A stretch of DNA of 63,356 bases, filler included, from Reticulomyxa filosa (lineage: Eukaryota > Protista > Foraminifera): assembly GCA_000512085.1 (NCBI GenBank). It is 15 parts of 15 records of this genome, joined end to end, with 100 filler letters (N's around TTAATTAATTAA, not from the genome) between each part and the next. Parts side by side here need not be neighbours in the genome. Positions count along the whole stretch, not along the records: positions 51,036 to 56,800 come from ASPP01015677.1; positions 56,901 to 58,866 come from ASPP01011696.1; positions 58,967 to 60,406 come from ASPP01013809.1; positions 60,507 to 62,155 come from ASPP01003285.1; positions 62,256 to 63,356 come from ASPP01023254.1; 10 more parts are not named here. One strand, 5' to 3'. This document shows positions 51,036 through 63,356 of the stretch, piece by piece (position 1 is the stretch's first letter; every line of letters begins with the position of its first letter). A program made the translations under genes and the position numbers. The notes below the pieces were generated by a model, which was not told where the DNA came from, did not search any database, and saw only the letters and a program-made list of their open reading frames with translations.

Positions 51036-54000
51036 AAAAGAAGAAGAAAAAGAAGAAGAAGAAGAAGAAGAAGACAACGAGGACGGAGCTGGAAATGGAA
51101 GTGGGAGTGGCGACTCAGACGATGAGTATATCCATAAGCAAACCAAATGGAATGACTTCACATCGTCGAGTTTGCACGAGTTGATCGACACCTCGCTTGA
51201 AATGGATAAAGCCAAAAAAAAAGAAAAAGAAAAGGACAACCAAAGAAGAAAAGGAATGGTGCACGTGTATTATGCAGATCGCAATTGGAGTTTGCAAACA
51301 TTGAAAGAAAAGTTATCAAAGCATTTTTCGTTGGAATTGAATAACTTGCAAGTGACACTGGTTCCTGACACATTTAAAAAAGAGCAATTTTCCAAATTCA
51401 AACAAGTGAAAACAGCCAAGTCGGAGAAGCTGCTAACAGAAGTGAATAAAACGCTGCACGATTTGGATTTGGTGCACGGCAGCTTAATTTACTTGAGTCA
51501 TTTGAAGCAATACATTTCGTTCAAAAACATTCTGGTCGACAGACAAAAAAACTTGGAGCGCATCTTCAGTTTGGAGTTGCCTTTGGCGCATACACATTCC
51601 CATCATCATCATCATAATCATCGCAATCATCACAATCATCAACAACAACAGCAACAGCAGCATCAACATCGACAGAATTATCATCACGAGGTCTCTCGTT
51701 CGTTCTCCTTCCCATACCATTTTGTATCCCAAGTCCTTAAACCGCCACTCGTCGTTAACACACAGCACGCTCCCACAGAACACGTCAATCCTCCTCCTTC
51801 TCTTCTTCCTCCTCCTCCTCCTTCTTCTTCTTCTTCTTCTTCGACTTCCGCACGCGACGGCCCTCCTCTCGCCACTTCCACCGCCGTTGCGCCCATCGAC
51901 GTCATGTCTGCAGAACACTATTATCACGGCTATCCGGGCTCACCGCCCATTGCCATCATCAATAGACACAGAGAAGAGGCCAGAAATCTTAAGAAAAGTC
52001 AAAAACTCAAATCCAATGACGTGACCACAATACCAACAACAACAACCGCTACAAATAATAATGATAATAACAACAATGTTAATACAACAGTTGATGTCGT
52101 CTCGCCTCAAAGCACTAATATCAAGGATTTCACTGTCGAAGATCCCAATGATTCCTTGCGTAGTATCCCTTCGTTGCCACATCAGCCGCAAACTTACTCT
52201 CACGTACCATTTTCTCGCTTTTTTTCTTCTCTCACGCCATATACATACATATATATGCATATATATGTATATGTGTGTATAGGATGACACACTTGGTCAG
52301 ATTACCGATCAATCCAAATCGATAGTAGACGAAATCGTCGCTCCTTTGCCAGTCGCATCTCCCAACAACAATGCGTTGCCGATGTCGGTATCACTTCCAG
52401 AGCCAGAGTCACAGTCACAGTTACAGTTACAGTCACAGTCAGAGCCACTGCCAATATCAATGTCAGCACCAGTGCCGGCACCAATTGCCACAGTAATATT
52501 AGCGCCTCTGCCAGTACCACTATTGGCTCCAATGCCAATGCCATTCTCACTCAAAATCGGTTTGACAGTGAAAGGAGTAGATGACGATGAAGAAGAAGAG
52601 AACAAGACCGTGGCCTTACCAGACTTGGAGGTATTGTCACAAAATCGCAAGTCTCGCAAAGCTCCTTCGTATTTGATCAAGACGTCGGTCGACGCCGAGG
52701 AAACGTCTCATTCGTTCGACACACTCCCATTGGAATTGAGCCAAAGCAATACTAGTCATACGCCAGACTCGCCTGAGCCCAAGGTGCTGGTGGCCGAAGG
52801 CATCCATGGCGATATCCGAATAACCCTTTGGACTTGATCCCTTATCCGGACATGGAAGCCGAAAAGTACATCCAACAAGACAATATTGACTTGGAGGATG
52901 TGCAGATCATTCGTGAAAAAGTAGGGCAAGGCAAAACTGCTGTCGTGCATAAAGCCATTTACAAAGAACAAGTCACTGTCGCCTTGAAAGAGTATCGCTT
53001 TGGACGTCTCACCGAACAAATTATGAAAGACTTTCACAGAGAAGTCCGTGTCCTCAAGTTTTGCAATCTTCTTTTATCCTTTGTACCTTTGATTGTATCT
53101 TTTCCCTCTCTGTTGTTGTTGGAAGCGGGCATGTGTGCATATTTACGCATATACGAAACACACGGCATTTTTTCTGTTTTTTAAAAAAGTGTATTTGAAA
53201 AGCTTTCATATTTTGTGTATTATTTTGAATGGTTATGCTCGTGTGTGTGTGCTGTGACGGTGGTAATAATGGTAAAAAAAAACAACTGATATAAGGCAAC
53301 TACGGCATCCGAATGTAGCATTGTTGTTGGGGTCACATATTGACACAGAAACGAAAGAGTTATTCTTGCTGTTGGAATGGCTCCCAGGTGGTTGCTTATT
53401 TGACGTCTTGTCCAATAAGGAGTTTGAAATTAGTTATTTAGATGTGCTAACAGTTAATTTTTTTTTTTTGGACAAATAATAAATATACAAAATCATTCAT
53501 ATGTACAGATGGCCTTGGATGTTGCCCGAGGTATGGAGTACTTGCACGCTCAAAACATTATTCATCGAGACCTCAAAAGTCACAAGTTTGGTTTGACCTT
53601 TGCAAATATGTGTGTACGTATGTATACATATATAATATATGTTATATAGCTTACTACTGGATGAAGAATTTCGAGTGAAAGTAACCGATTTTGGCACGGC
53701 CAAGCATGTGGACAAGCTGTCGTCGGCAATGACGGAGATTGGTACGCTGGGATACATGGCCCCAGAGGTGATAGAACCTCCGCAGCCTCACGGCTATGAC
53801 AGCAAGGTTGACGTGTTCAGCTATGGCGTGTTGCTGTGGGAAATGTTTTCCCGTGGGACTGAAGAAAACACTTTGAAAGGAATCGGGTTTGGAAATTATG
53901 TGAAAAAAGTGAAAATTGGAGTTAGGCCGGTCATTCCTGCATATTGTCCACAAGAGTTTTCCAAACTCATTAACGCGTGCTGGGAATTTGATCCAAAAAA

Positions 54001-54127
54001 TAGACCCACTTTTGCTGACATTGTCAAATATTTGCAGTACATTATTCATTTACATAAAGACGAGTTCGAGCAACAATATCAAAGTGATCTTTCGGACTCG
54101 GACACTGACAATAGTCCTGTTACTTGA
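51036..54127 (+). CDS. TKL-group protein kinase with an N-terminal ubiquitin-like region (5'-truncated, 5 exons)
   Basis: GQGKTAVV, VALKEY, LRHPNV, HRDLKSHN|LLL, DFG, GTLGYMAPE, DVFSYGVLLWE and CW..DPKNRPTF occur across GT..AG introns (~52204-52282, 53059-53295, 53452-53508, 53587-53649). One frameshift lies at ~52776-52835. Confidence 0.92.
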
Positions 54128-54799
54128 TATATATTTGCCCATCGTATATATCAAAAAGTTTTTTTTTGGCGTGTCTCCGACTTCTTTTGATCTTCTTTTT
54201 TTCCTCCTTTTTTTTTTTTTGTATGTGCTGACAAAGTTTTTTTCTTTTTTTTTTGAGGTTGTGTCGCTTTGACATTGTAATAATCAAACAAACTCCAGTT
54301 TCTTATCTTTGGTTTTTTTCGATGATTGATGAAAATTTTGCGTAAAACTTGCACAACATTACACTTCACCAATTATGTGTTCTTTAGATATACATGCCTA
54401 TATTCTATTTTTAAATAGTGTAAATTTCTTTTTAAAGAAATAGTTTGTTTTTTTAGGATTTGCATTTTTGCGAAGTGACAAAAAAAAATCAGAACATAAA
54501 TTTTGATAAATACAAATGATTTTGTAATTTTTGGATAATTAGTTTGAATTTTTTTTATTTGAAAGAAGAAATGCAGAAAAAAAGAAGTATAATGAATAAA
54601 AGGTTTGCATCAGAAATATTTTCAAGAATTTGCGTTGAACAAAGAATTTATATTTGGGATTACAGAATAAAATAAGCATATTGAATATAACCTTACTCTT
54701 TTTATCAGTAATCAAAAAGGTTGATAATCTTTTTTGATGTAATGATTTTGAAAAATTGCAAATCATATTTAATGAAAGAAATGCTCAGCATATGTGTTA

Positions 54800-55140
54800 A
54801 TATTATCTGGCTCTGGTGATAATAGTGTTCATTTATGGGATATTCGATATGATCAACAAATTCAAATGTTTAATGGAAATACAAAGTGTATATACTGTTA
54901 AATAATCATCATTTGTAGTAAATAATATCGAAATTGGTGAAATTCAAATATGATATATTCTGCATCGACGGATAATACAATTTGTTTTTGGGATATTCGA
55001 TCAAATATGAATCAATTATATGTTATCAAAGGAAATGATGTAGACGATGGAATATATTGTTTTAAGTTTATACTATAAAAAAAATATACAAAGAATATTT
55101 ATAGTTATAATTTGTGTTATTGTTCAGCAGAAGGCTAATC
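54800..55140 (+). pseudogene. WD40-repeat pseudogene fragment
   Basis: 'ILSGSGDNSVHLWDIR', 'SASTDNTICFWDIRSN' and 'NLCYCS', with in-frame stops and a frameshift. Confidence 0.85.
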
Positions 55141-55229
55141 TATAAAAAAAATTTATTTTAACACATTCATAATCGATATTAACTTTTGTTAAAAAATTTG
55201 CATTTTGAAGGTGAAACGTTCTGAACAAG

Positions 55230-56800
55230 TCAGATACAATGACATCTTGAAGTTTTTGAAAGAGATTTGAAAATTACATTTGAAATTTCGCAATTAGAAC
55301 AACCAAGAATTTTCATGAAAGTAATAAGGAAAGCAAGCAAGACAGCAATACTTGAAAATTTTTTAATAGCACATAAATTCTTTATTGAGATAATATTTTT
55401 TATAGTAGTTAAACATTGTAAAAATATGGCCTAAGTCACTTTTATTATTGTTTGGCAATATTTGTTGCAAATTCAGTTGGTATGCGTCGTCTGTTTTTAT
55501 GCACAAATTCCAATACAAAAGTTAAGACATAGAGCTATTAAAAGAAAGAGTCTTTTAATCGATGGAAGTGCTAACAATAAAGCAATTTAGCAATGCTTAT
55601 TGGTCAAATTAAGGTATTATTATTTGGATGTTGTATATTCTTTAGCAGACTTAATTGGTGTTCGCTATACTCATGTATAAAAACACTGGCTACTAAAAGA
55701 ATTATCGCTTTTATCACCTGCAAAAGATACTGTCCAGTGGTAGGGACAAATACTTTGAGTGCTATTCAAATTAAAGATGGAGTCGCTCATACAACAGGGG
55801 CATCACTAGATCACAATCTATTGGTCAAGAGTTTGAAGAATTCGATTATATTAAAAGATGTGAATATGAACGAAGATATAAACAAGAAAAATCATTGGCA
55901 AATAATTAAAGATGATACTAAACGTGCAATGCAAGAGAATAATATTTGCATTGGACTTAATGTGGCAGAATGTGAATACTTTGACAAGTTTCGAAGTAGG
56001 CCAAGACCACATTTCCATCAATGCAAGAATGAACCATTTTGCAAAGGATTGAAGTTTAGAAAGAGGAAAGACATTAATATGATCAAATCAATTGGGCTAT
56101 TGCAAGAAGGAAACACAAATCAGTTATTCTCATAATAAATTCAAACAGGATTCTGTAATTCCAAATAGATAGTAGAATTATTGGTATCATGGTTTGCTCA
56201 ACCACCACAACATCCTGATTTCTCAAGTGAAATAGAAGAATATTATCAATTGGTTGAAGGTGAAAGATGATGAAATTTATTCATTCCCAAATTGAAATGA
56301 ACATCAAACTGAGATAACAGAAAAAGTTATTGAAGCTTATAGTAGTTGCATTTTATAATATTGTGACTTCTTCCTACGTATTTAATTGCAATTCATTTTT
56401 TGGGGGGTTTTCAGCAACTGCGTGGTGTGACTGTGAGAGGTGGAAGTGCTTTTAAAACTTCACGAGTATCTTAGCCTCGTGAAAGCGATGATGAAATTAA
56501 GGAGACATTAGAAGATTATGGATATCAAATATAAGAAGTTAAACGATTCCACAAGATGCCAATTGTCAAGGTGATGCTATCCAAGACGGAAAAATCACGA
56601 AGCAGCAAACTGCAAAAACAAGAACGAGCCAAGCAGACACAAATGTGTATTATGCCGAAAGCAGCATCCAAGCGATTCATTACAATGTGATTTGCAAAGC
56701 AAGAGAAAAGCTTGGTATCAAATTAACAATTGAGATGAAAGGACAAAGATTAAATGGAATGAAAATAATAATGGATCTCGAAAACCAAAGAAAAACCAAT
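55230..56800 (+). mobile_element. Degenerate non-LTR retrotransposon ORF1 (gag-like) remnants, possibly two copies
   Basis: 'SDDEIKETLEDYGYQI*EVKRFHKMPIVKV' and 'HKCVLCRKQHPSDSLQC' (C-x2-C-x3-H-x6-C, typical of jockey/I-group ORF1) at 56485-56690, plus 'RPRPHFHQCKN' in ORF 55593..56135. The upstream blocks recur at 16330-16650(-). Confidence 0.7.
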
Positions 56801-56922
56801 NNNNNNNNNNNNNNNNNNNNNNNNNNNNNNNNNNNNNNNNNNNNTTAATTAATTAANNNNNNNNNNNNNNNNNNNNNNNNNNNNNNNNNNNNNNNNNNNN
56901 AAAAAAAAAAAAAAAAAAAAAT

Positions 56923-57318
56923 CTAGCAAAGTTCACACCTCATTTCGGTGACATCAATTTCTTGAACTTTCAGCACTCGCAATCCTACGAGTTTTAACAA
57001 AGATTGTCGTCGTGCCTCTTCCAGCACTTGCATGGTCTTCTTTGCTTCGCTGTCTTTTTCTTTATCACTCTTACCGCTTCTGTCTCCTTCTGCCAATGGC
57101 TCGATCTTGTACACGTAGGCTATGCCGTTACGGCTTCCCAATCTCAAACCCAATGGCTTTTTGCGAAACACGTGAATAGTTTCTGTCAGTGCATGCGTCA
57201 CACAGTCAATTACTCGTTTCTCAGTCTCTTCAGAGCAAACCAAAAATTTTGATCCAGCACACCTGGTGGAATTTTGTCCATCTCTTTCTTCTTCTTTTTC
57301 TCTTCGCAGTTTCTTCAC
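56923..57318 (-). CDS. PDZ-like domain protein, 5' part (truncated)
   Basis: 'VFRKKPLGLRLGSRNGIAYVYKIEP...VGLRVLKVQEIDVTEM' fits the PDZ betaB/betaC and GD.I..VN...V pattern, with an insertion. Confidence 0.55.
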   Translation of the reverse strand: MKKLRREKEEERDGQNSTRCAGSKFLVCSEETEKRVIDCVTHALTETIHVFRKKPLGLRLGSRNGIAYVYKIEPLAEGDRSGKSDKEKDSEAKKTMQVLEEARRQSLLKLVGLRVLKVQEIDVTEMRCELC

Positions 57319-57592
57319 AAAATACGGAACTAAGTCTAATTAAAATGACTAGATTTTTTTTTTAATCCAAACTTTTGTTGTTCCGTTACTACAAATTTCA
57401 CTGTAATCCGCTTACAAATGAGCACAAGATGGCATAAACATGACAAAGGTCGAAGATAGTGTTAAAGAGTGAACTGCATTAATATTCCTATTTATGTAGG
57501 GTTGTGTTTATCACGCTTGTAAGTGATATCAACTCGAGCAGGGTACGCCCCCTTAATAAAAAAAAATAATCAAAATAAATAAATTAGAAACG

Positions 57593-58866
57593 ATGGCCAG
57601 TCCTTCAACATCATGTAGTGTATCTACATGTACCTTATGTTCAATCGAGAAGACTAGGTCACAAGAGTCTACAGCGAGCGACGCAGTGTGTATAAAGACG
57701 AGTGAAAGCGAGACACGGACAGATATGAAAAAAGGAGAAGAAGGTGGACAGTTGACAAAATGGGCAAGTGAAGACTTGAGTGTATCAAAGAGTAGTGGTC
57801 AGCAATGGGTCGGGATACGAAGTACAGTACAGCCATATGACGACGATCTCTCTCCACTGTCGGAATGGATAGTAGATGAGCAAAGCAATGACAAAGGCGG
57901 GCAATCGCAACTTGGGAAGATGAACCAAACGAAATCTCAACAAGAATCAGAATCAGAAGAAGCAGGAAAAGAAGAAGAAGAAGAAGAAAGAACAGATTCA
58001 ATGGAATGTTTGCACATTCCAAAGACATTTGCGATTCCGCGTGTGAGCAGCCCGTCCCCACGAGCGCTATCGGACAAAGACCAAGGAAGCACACGTGGCG
58101 GCGCTCATTTGGAAGATCTGATCAACAGTATAATAAGCGAAGCAGGTGGAGCGGAAATCAAAGAGGCGGTGATCCGATACCACCCGGCGATCTGCACTTC
58201 TGCCAAGTTGTTGGAGACGATTCGGCACATGTTCGAAAATGCGGGCGGGTGGAACGCCGACGATAATGACAGTCAAGAGGAGAAGGTCCAGCGCGAAAAA
58301 ACGCGCAGATTTCGGCTGATCCAATTGGTACACGAGTGGATGAAGAAAGAGTGGGATATGGATTTTGATCAAAAGTCAGACACCTTATTGCAATTGCAAC
58401 TGCTTCGACAACATGTTTGTGAGTGGTGCAAAGACAACTCTGCTTTGCAAAATGTGCTCTTACATAAGCTGCAAATTGCATCACATTCGATCTGTCGTTC
58501 TCGTCTTCATTGTCTTGTTTCTCGTACTCATGGCTATAGTCATAGTCATAGTCATAGTCATGCCGATCCTTTGACGCAGTCGCAGCTGTATACACATTGC
58601 AGTGGGGTATCCCTGTCATCCAATTTCTTAAAGTGGCAGGAACAGTTTGAAAAAGAAAGGGACTGTACCAATGCCAACGGGGGTCATGATCATCATGACC
58701 ATTATGACGAGGGGAATGATAAACGTAATGACTGTAACACTGCACATAATGCTCCCCATACTGATCAACGACAACGCGAACAAGATAAAAAAACAAATAT
58801 TGGCTTATCACTAGTTACTTGGAGGCCCAACACGACAAAGATGTTTATTGGAAATACATCGCCAAA
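57593..58866 (+). CDS. RasGEF N-terminal (REM) domain protein, 5' part (truncated)
   Basis: 'GAHLEDLINSI', 'IRYHPAICTSAKLLETIRHMF' and 'RFRLIQLVHEWMKKEWDMDF' match the REM consensus. Confidence 0.75.
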
Positions 58867-59029
58867 NNNNNNNNNNNNNNNNNNNNNNNNNNNNNNNNNN
58901 NNNNNNNNNNTTAATTAATTAANNNNNNNNNNNNNNNNNNNNNNNNNNNNNNNNNNNNNNNNNNNNACCTCCCTTTTTTTTTTTTTTAAAAAAAAAAAAA
59001 TTTTTTGTTTACGTAAATGCTAATGCCTG

Positions 59030-59980
59030 ACATTAGCAAACACAGCAACAAACACCGATAATGGGAAGTGCAGGCACAGTGGTGGTGGGCTGGCAAAAGG
59101 CGACGCAGTCATGGGTGCAGAGCTGTGGCAACGATGGCGAGACCGAGTGCAACCAGGGATACGGGTCGCGAAGCCAAGCCGACCATGAGTTCGAAGAAGA
59201 ATCTTGCGCGGCGGATTTGCTGCTGCGCAGCTACGACGAGGCCACATGTCAGGTCATTTTGACGCGCGATCGCGATTCGGAGTCGTATGAAGTGACGACT
59301 ACACACGAGCTCTTGCTTGGCAATACTTCCAATCACAATAACAATGGTAACAATGGCAATGACAATAACAACAATAATAATCATAATAATAATAATAACA
59401 ATAATAATAATAATAACAATAATAATAATAATAACAATAATAATCATAATAACAATAATATCGGTAGTAATCATTCTAACAATGGCAATGGCAGAACAGA
59501 TGGCCTCTTGACAAGTATGAGTGAACGTATTGCTCCGAAGCACAGCTTGGTGGGCAAAGACTTGGATAGTATCGAGTCGCAATCCACGGCCGATGGACCA
59601 TTGAGCAATCGCCATTCCAATGATAACGTCGAAGCCACAGCGTCGGTATTCCCTTGGTCGATGTCGAGATCGAGATCAGGAGGCTCATTGAAACTCATCC
59701 CCATTGATGAAGAGCCTAGTGATAGTCCTTGTTCCCAAGGTCAACATATATATATATATATATATATATGTATACACATATACACATACATATATATATG
59801 TATATACTCCTCCTCCCTCTTAAATTTGCGACACTATAAAAAAAAAAAAAGACTCAATAGTGTATCAAGATCACAACTACGGTGGCAGTGCAAAGCTATC
59901 CCTTGGTTATGACTGCGAGAGCGACGATGACATCAATATCAGCCTCAACCTCAATGCCCACGTCCAATCGCTGCAATTGG
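59030..59980 (+). CDS. Internal fragment of an Asn-rich low-complexity protein
   Basis: ORF 59061..59912 contains an (AAT/AAC)n poly-Asn tract at 59335-59460 and a (TA)n intron at ~59740-59850. Confidence 0.55.
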
Positions 59981-60532
59981 GGTAAGACATGTGATGCGTT
60001 TGTTCGTTTGTTTTTTTTTTTCTATATCGACACGGGGCCAAGGTTGAGACACACACACATGCATGTATTTAGCATTGTTAACTCTTAACTTTTTTTTTTT
60101 AAATTTATAGTATTGAATAATAATATAATCCGTCCAACCTTCCTTTCTTTTTTTTTTTTTTTAATAGAGAGAAATCACTTTCCAATTTGTGCAAAGAGAC
60201 CCCCACCCCCCCTTTTTTTGTTTGTTTACACGTGTGGTGTTATCTTATGTTCAGAGTTTGTCATGTATGAGTGTGTTTGTTTTTTTTTATTTTATTTCTT
60301 TTTTTATACGTGGCAAGACAGAAGCATACGTGTGTGCAGATTTTGTATTAAGTTTCACGTGTGTATGTGTGTATACGTTTTTTTTTTTTTCCTCCCGTTT
60401 ATTGTTNNNNNNNNNNNNNNNNNNNNNNNNNNNNNNNNNNNNNNNNNNNNTTAATTAATTAANNNNNNNNNNNNNNNNNNNNNNNNNNNNNNNNNNNNNN
60501 NNNNNNTTTTTTTTTAAAAAAAAAAAAAAGGG

Positions 60533-61555
60533 TACAATGCTCATGAGCGTATGGGAGAAGTAAAGACGTGGGCAGGTTCGGGATACCAAACGTGTTGGAA
60601 TCCTCCTCAACAAATAGCTGGCAGTCATGATGACATTTTGGACTGTTTACAGTAAATGAAGGAGATACAATCAATGTCTGGGTGTATGATATCGATCGAT
60701 CAATGTATATGCAGAATAACAGCACCTTGCATTGGAAAGGAATTAAGGTATATGATTATTACTTGGAAAGAACACAGTTTGATTCACTTTACATAGATCC
60801 TGCAAATGCCCAATTTTACCAAAATACAACAGGTACCTTGTGTTTCTCCACATTCATCTTTAAACAAAAAAAAAAAAAAAGGAAAGTTAAATCAAAAAGA
60901 TTCTTGTAATATTGTCTTTAAAAGGCCTAGTCAATTTGACCATCTGCAAAGGCGATGTACCAACATTTGTATCGTTATCTTTGTTTATTGGCGCGCCTAG
61001 CTATATCTCGCAATTGCCAGATTTGTCGTTGCCTTATCCTACGTTGGATGATAATACTTTCATTTATGTTGAACCCATGACTGGTGCTATTTTTAAAGCG
61101 AATAAATCTTTACAGTTTACTTTTTTTTTGTTTTTGACTTGAAAAAAAGAAATATAAAACGTTTTGCTAACCGAATCACATTTAAAAAACCACAGACTAA
61201 ATTTCCCTATGCACGCTTTGCCTATCAAATCCAACAATTCGCTCTCACAGTTTTGTTTACTTTTTGTTTCATTTTTCTTTCGCACTGGAAACTAAGTTCA
61301 CAAAATAATATATAAAAAAAAAATAAGCAATCCAAATGAATCATTGACCAATTTACCTGACTAGTTTTACCTGCAGTATTGCTGAGTCAATGTACGGAAC
61401 TTCCACAAAGCGATATCAATACCTTCAAGCAAATATACTTGGCCCAAGACATGGCCCGAGCCAGTCCAATTCTCGGCTGGGTGGCATGGGTTCTATTTGC
61501 AGGATGGGCTTATTATACCTTTTATCAATTAGGCAAAAAACATAGAAAGCATTAA
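60533..61555 (+). CDS. CD36/LIMP-2 scavenger receptor family protein, 3' part
   Basis: 'GLVNLTICKGDVPTFVSLSLF' and 'YVEPMTGAIFKANKSLQ' (CD36 signatures), a C-terminal TM helix 'ILGWVAWVLFAGWAYYTFY' and a short basic tail ending at TAA 61555. One frameshift lies near 60630. Confidence 0.85.
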
Positions 61556-62255
61556 TACAAGTGATTTTTTTTTTCCTCAGTTTCTGTAGTATTGAAATCA
61601 TGTGAAATTTATGATTATTGAAATCTCTTTAATTAAACGTACTCAAATTAATCAGTGTTCCATTTGCAACTTTTCTTTTGCAGATAAAAATGACATATGT
61701 TTCAATTTTAATGAAACGACTATAAATGTATGAAGCAAATGCTTCTCTTCATTATGATATGGCCACCTTGACCCCTTTTGCCTTTCAATACATGAAATTT
61801 TAATTGGCTTAAGAATTGTAATGTTTTTTTAAAGGTTTATTTTTTTTCTTCTTCAAAAGTGCAAAATAATCAACATAAAAGATTTGAACGAATACATTTT
61901 CGTTTTTTGTGGGGATGCATTAAAATTGTTACCCTTTTTTCTTTTTGATGTCATTTTCAATACAAAAATTTCAATTGAAAAAATTCTAGTTCGATTTAAT
62001 TTGTCAAAAATATTGCATTTTGTTCTAGTGTAATTTTTTATTTTTATTTTTTTTATTGGTTTCCACAGAAAGAAAAAAAATCCTGAAAAATGTTAATGTA
62101 ATATTGTTTTTGATTTTCCCGGAAGGAACGCATATTCTTCTTCGGAACTGTGTTANNNNNNNNNNNNNNNNNNNNNNNNNNNNNNNNNNNNNNNNNNNNT
62201 TAATTAATTAANNNNNNNNNNNNNNNNNNNNNNNNNNNNNNNNNNNNNNNNNNNN

Positions 62256-63020
62256 TTTCGATGCAATCATTGGGATTGATATTATTAAAATTAGTCGGAT
62301 GTCGATCGACAATGATTGCGACAGAGATAGAGTGCAGATGCTTGCGCGATATCCAACTCTCTTTCAATATATTCTTTTCACATCCTATGACATTGATTTG
62401 TGCATTTATTTATTTATGTTTGGAATGAACGAATGAAACAAACCGCGTTGATTAGCCAGCGTGTTGATGCATTGCTTGGCCAGATCGGGGAGGGGGGGGG
62501 GAGGGACTTGGAAAAACGTGAACAATTTAATACGATTGAGATAGACTGTGGAGATAGTGGAGTAGCTGAAGTAGCACATACTCATGACAGTCCCTCCCAA
62601 CATCCACACCAACACCACTGTCTCATCATTCGTCATCAACATCGACACAATGCCCACACTTATCACTATTGCCACGGAAAATACTATCAACAATGTCAGC
62701 TCATCTCCAATCCGATACTTTGCACATATATGCACATATATAACTATATCGTTATATCTAAAAATGGTAATACTCATTATAATGAATGCGAAGACGAAGA
62801 AGATCAAAGTGGCCATTGAGACATAGAGACATTTGGAGAAGGTGATGATGATGAAATATGACTTGGCTTGGATGACAATGAAAAAAAGCGTAGATCGAGA
62901 GACACAGTGTGGCCAACAACTTTGGATTGGACAAACTATTGTAGTGATTCAGCACACACAACTTGAATTGAGTGTCCAATTGCTTCATCCATTGTTGCGA
63001 GTCTTGTACTTTGATAATGT
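62256..63020 (-). CDS. Multi-pass membrane protein fragment
   Basis: ORF 62406..62816 has three long hydrophobic segments; both ends are unresolved. Confidence 0.45.
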
Positions 63021-63356
63021 TTAAGAAAACTGTACCAAAAACGCAATAATATTAATAACATCATTCTGTCGTTCAATAGCTGTCACATAACAAACACATT
63101 TTTGTCACCATAATGTCAAGTCCAAAAAAAAGATAGAAATGAAATAAAGAAGAGTTTAGAGAGGGCTGTTTGCTTACAATAAGCGACAACATCTAAGTTT
63201 CTGAGGGGGAGGAGTGAAGAAAAAATAATGATGGAAAATACGAAAATTTTCCATATTGCCGAAAAGCGGCCACCTTTTTTTTTTTCCAAAAAATGGAAAA
63301 AACATTAATTTATAAGAGTAGACTTAGAATTATATTCTAAGCTACCCATTCGGGTC

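Noticed and set aside
55593-56135. 180-aa ORF as a standalone host gene
   Set aside because: It lies between LINE-associated repeat blocks and contains a broken ORF1-like knuckle region, so it is better explained as a retrotransposon relic.
15407-62255. Recurrent TTAATTAATTAA palindrome flanked by N runs, superficially like a repeat array
   Set aside because: It is an artificial six-frame-stop linker between contigs. It is not CRISPR or biological, and it invalidates neighbourhood arguments across it.
63323-63341. Short hairpin CTTAGAAT-TAT-ATTCTAAG
   Set aside because: An 8-bp AT-rich stem is unremarkable in this base composition and has no supporting context.

Overview
This is eukaryotic, AT-rich, intron-containing DNA, not prokaryotic. 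It is not one continuous locus: 15 contig pieces are joined by 14 artificial 100-bp spacers (N44-TTAATTAATTAA-N44), so gene neighbourhood is only meaningful within a piece. Short introns rich in (TA)n and homopolymers, plus recurrent WD40, Kelch and PUB family motifs (e.g. 'LGWIDDFN', 'NNIGVIGG'), suggest a foraminiferan draft genome such as Reticulomyxa filosa; this is recognition from memory, not a search result. Recognisable genes: a divergent cellular RNA-dependent RNA polymerase (RDR family) with a CCCH finger, head-to-head with an NMNAT-like nucleotidyltransferase; a spliced Kelch-WD40 double-propeller gene; a PUB-domain gene; a SAM plus OB-like gene; an RNF213/mysterin-like fragment; a CDK20-like kinase; an F-box protein; complex I 24-kDa subunit (NDUFV2); a UBL-TKL kinase; PDZ-like and RasGEF-N genes; and a CD36/LIMP-like receptor. 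Mobile DNA comprises two long-TIR Tc1 families, an integrase relic and LINE ORF1 relics, alongside WD40 and USP pseudogenes. No rRNA, tRNA or CRISPR array was recognised. The best candidates for novelty are the remodelled RdRP and a set of immune-like or ubiquitin-linked architectures (RNF213-like, SAM-OB, PUB, UBL-kinase). No complete new system can be demonstrated from the sequence alone.
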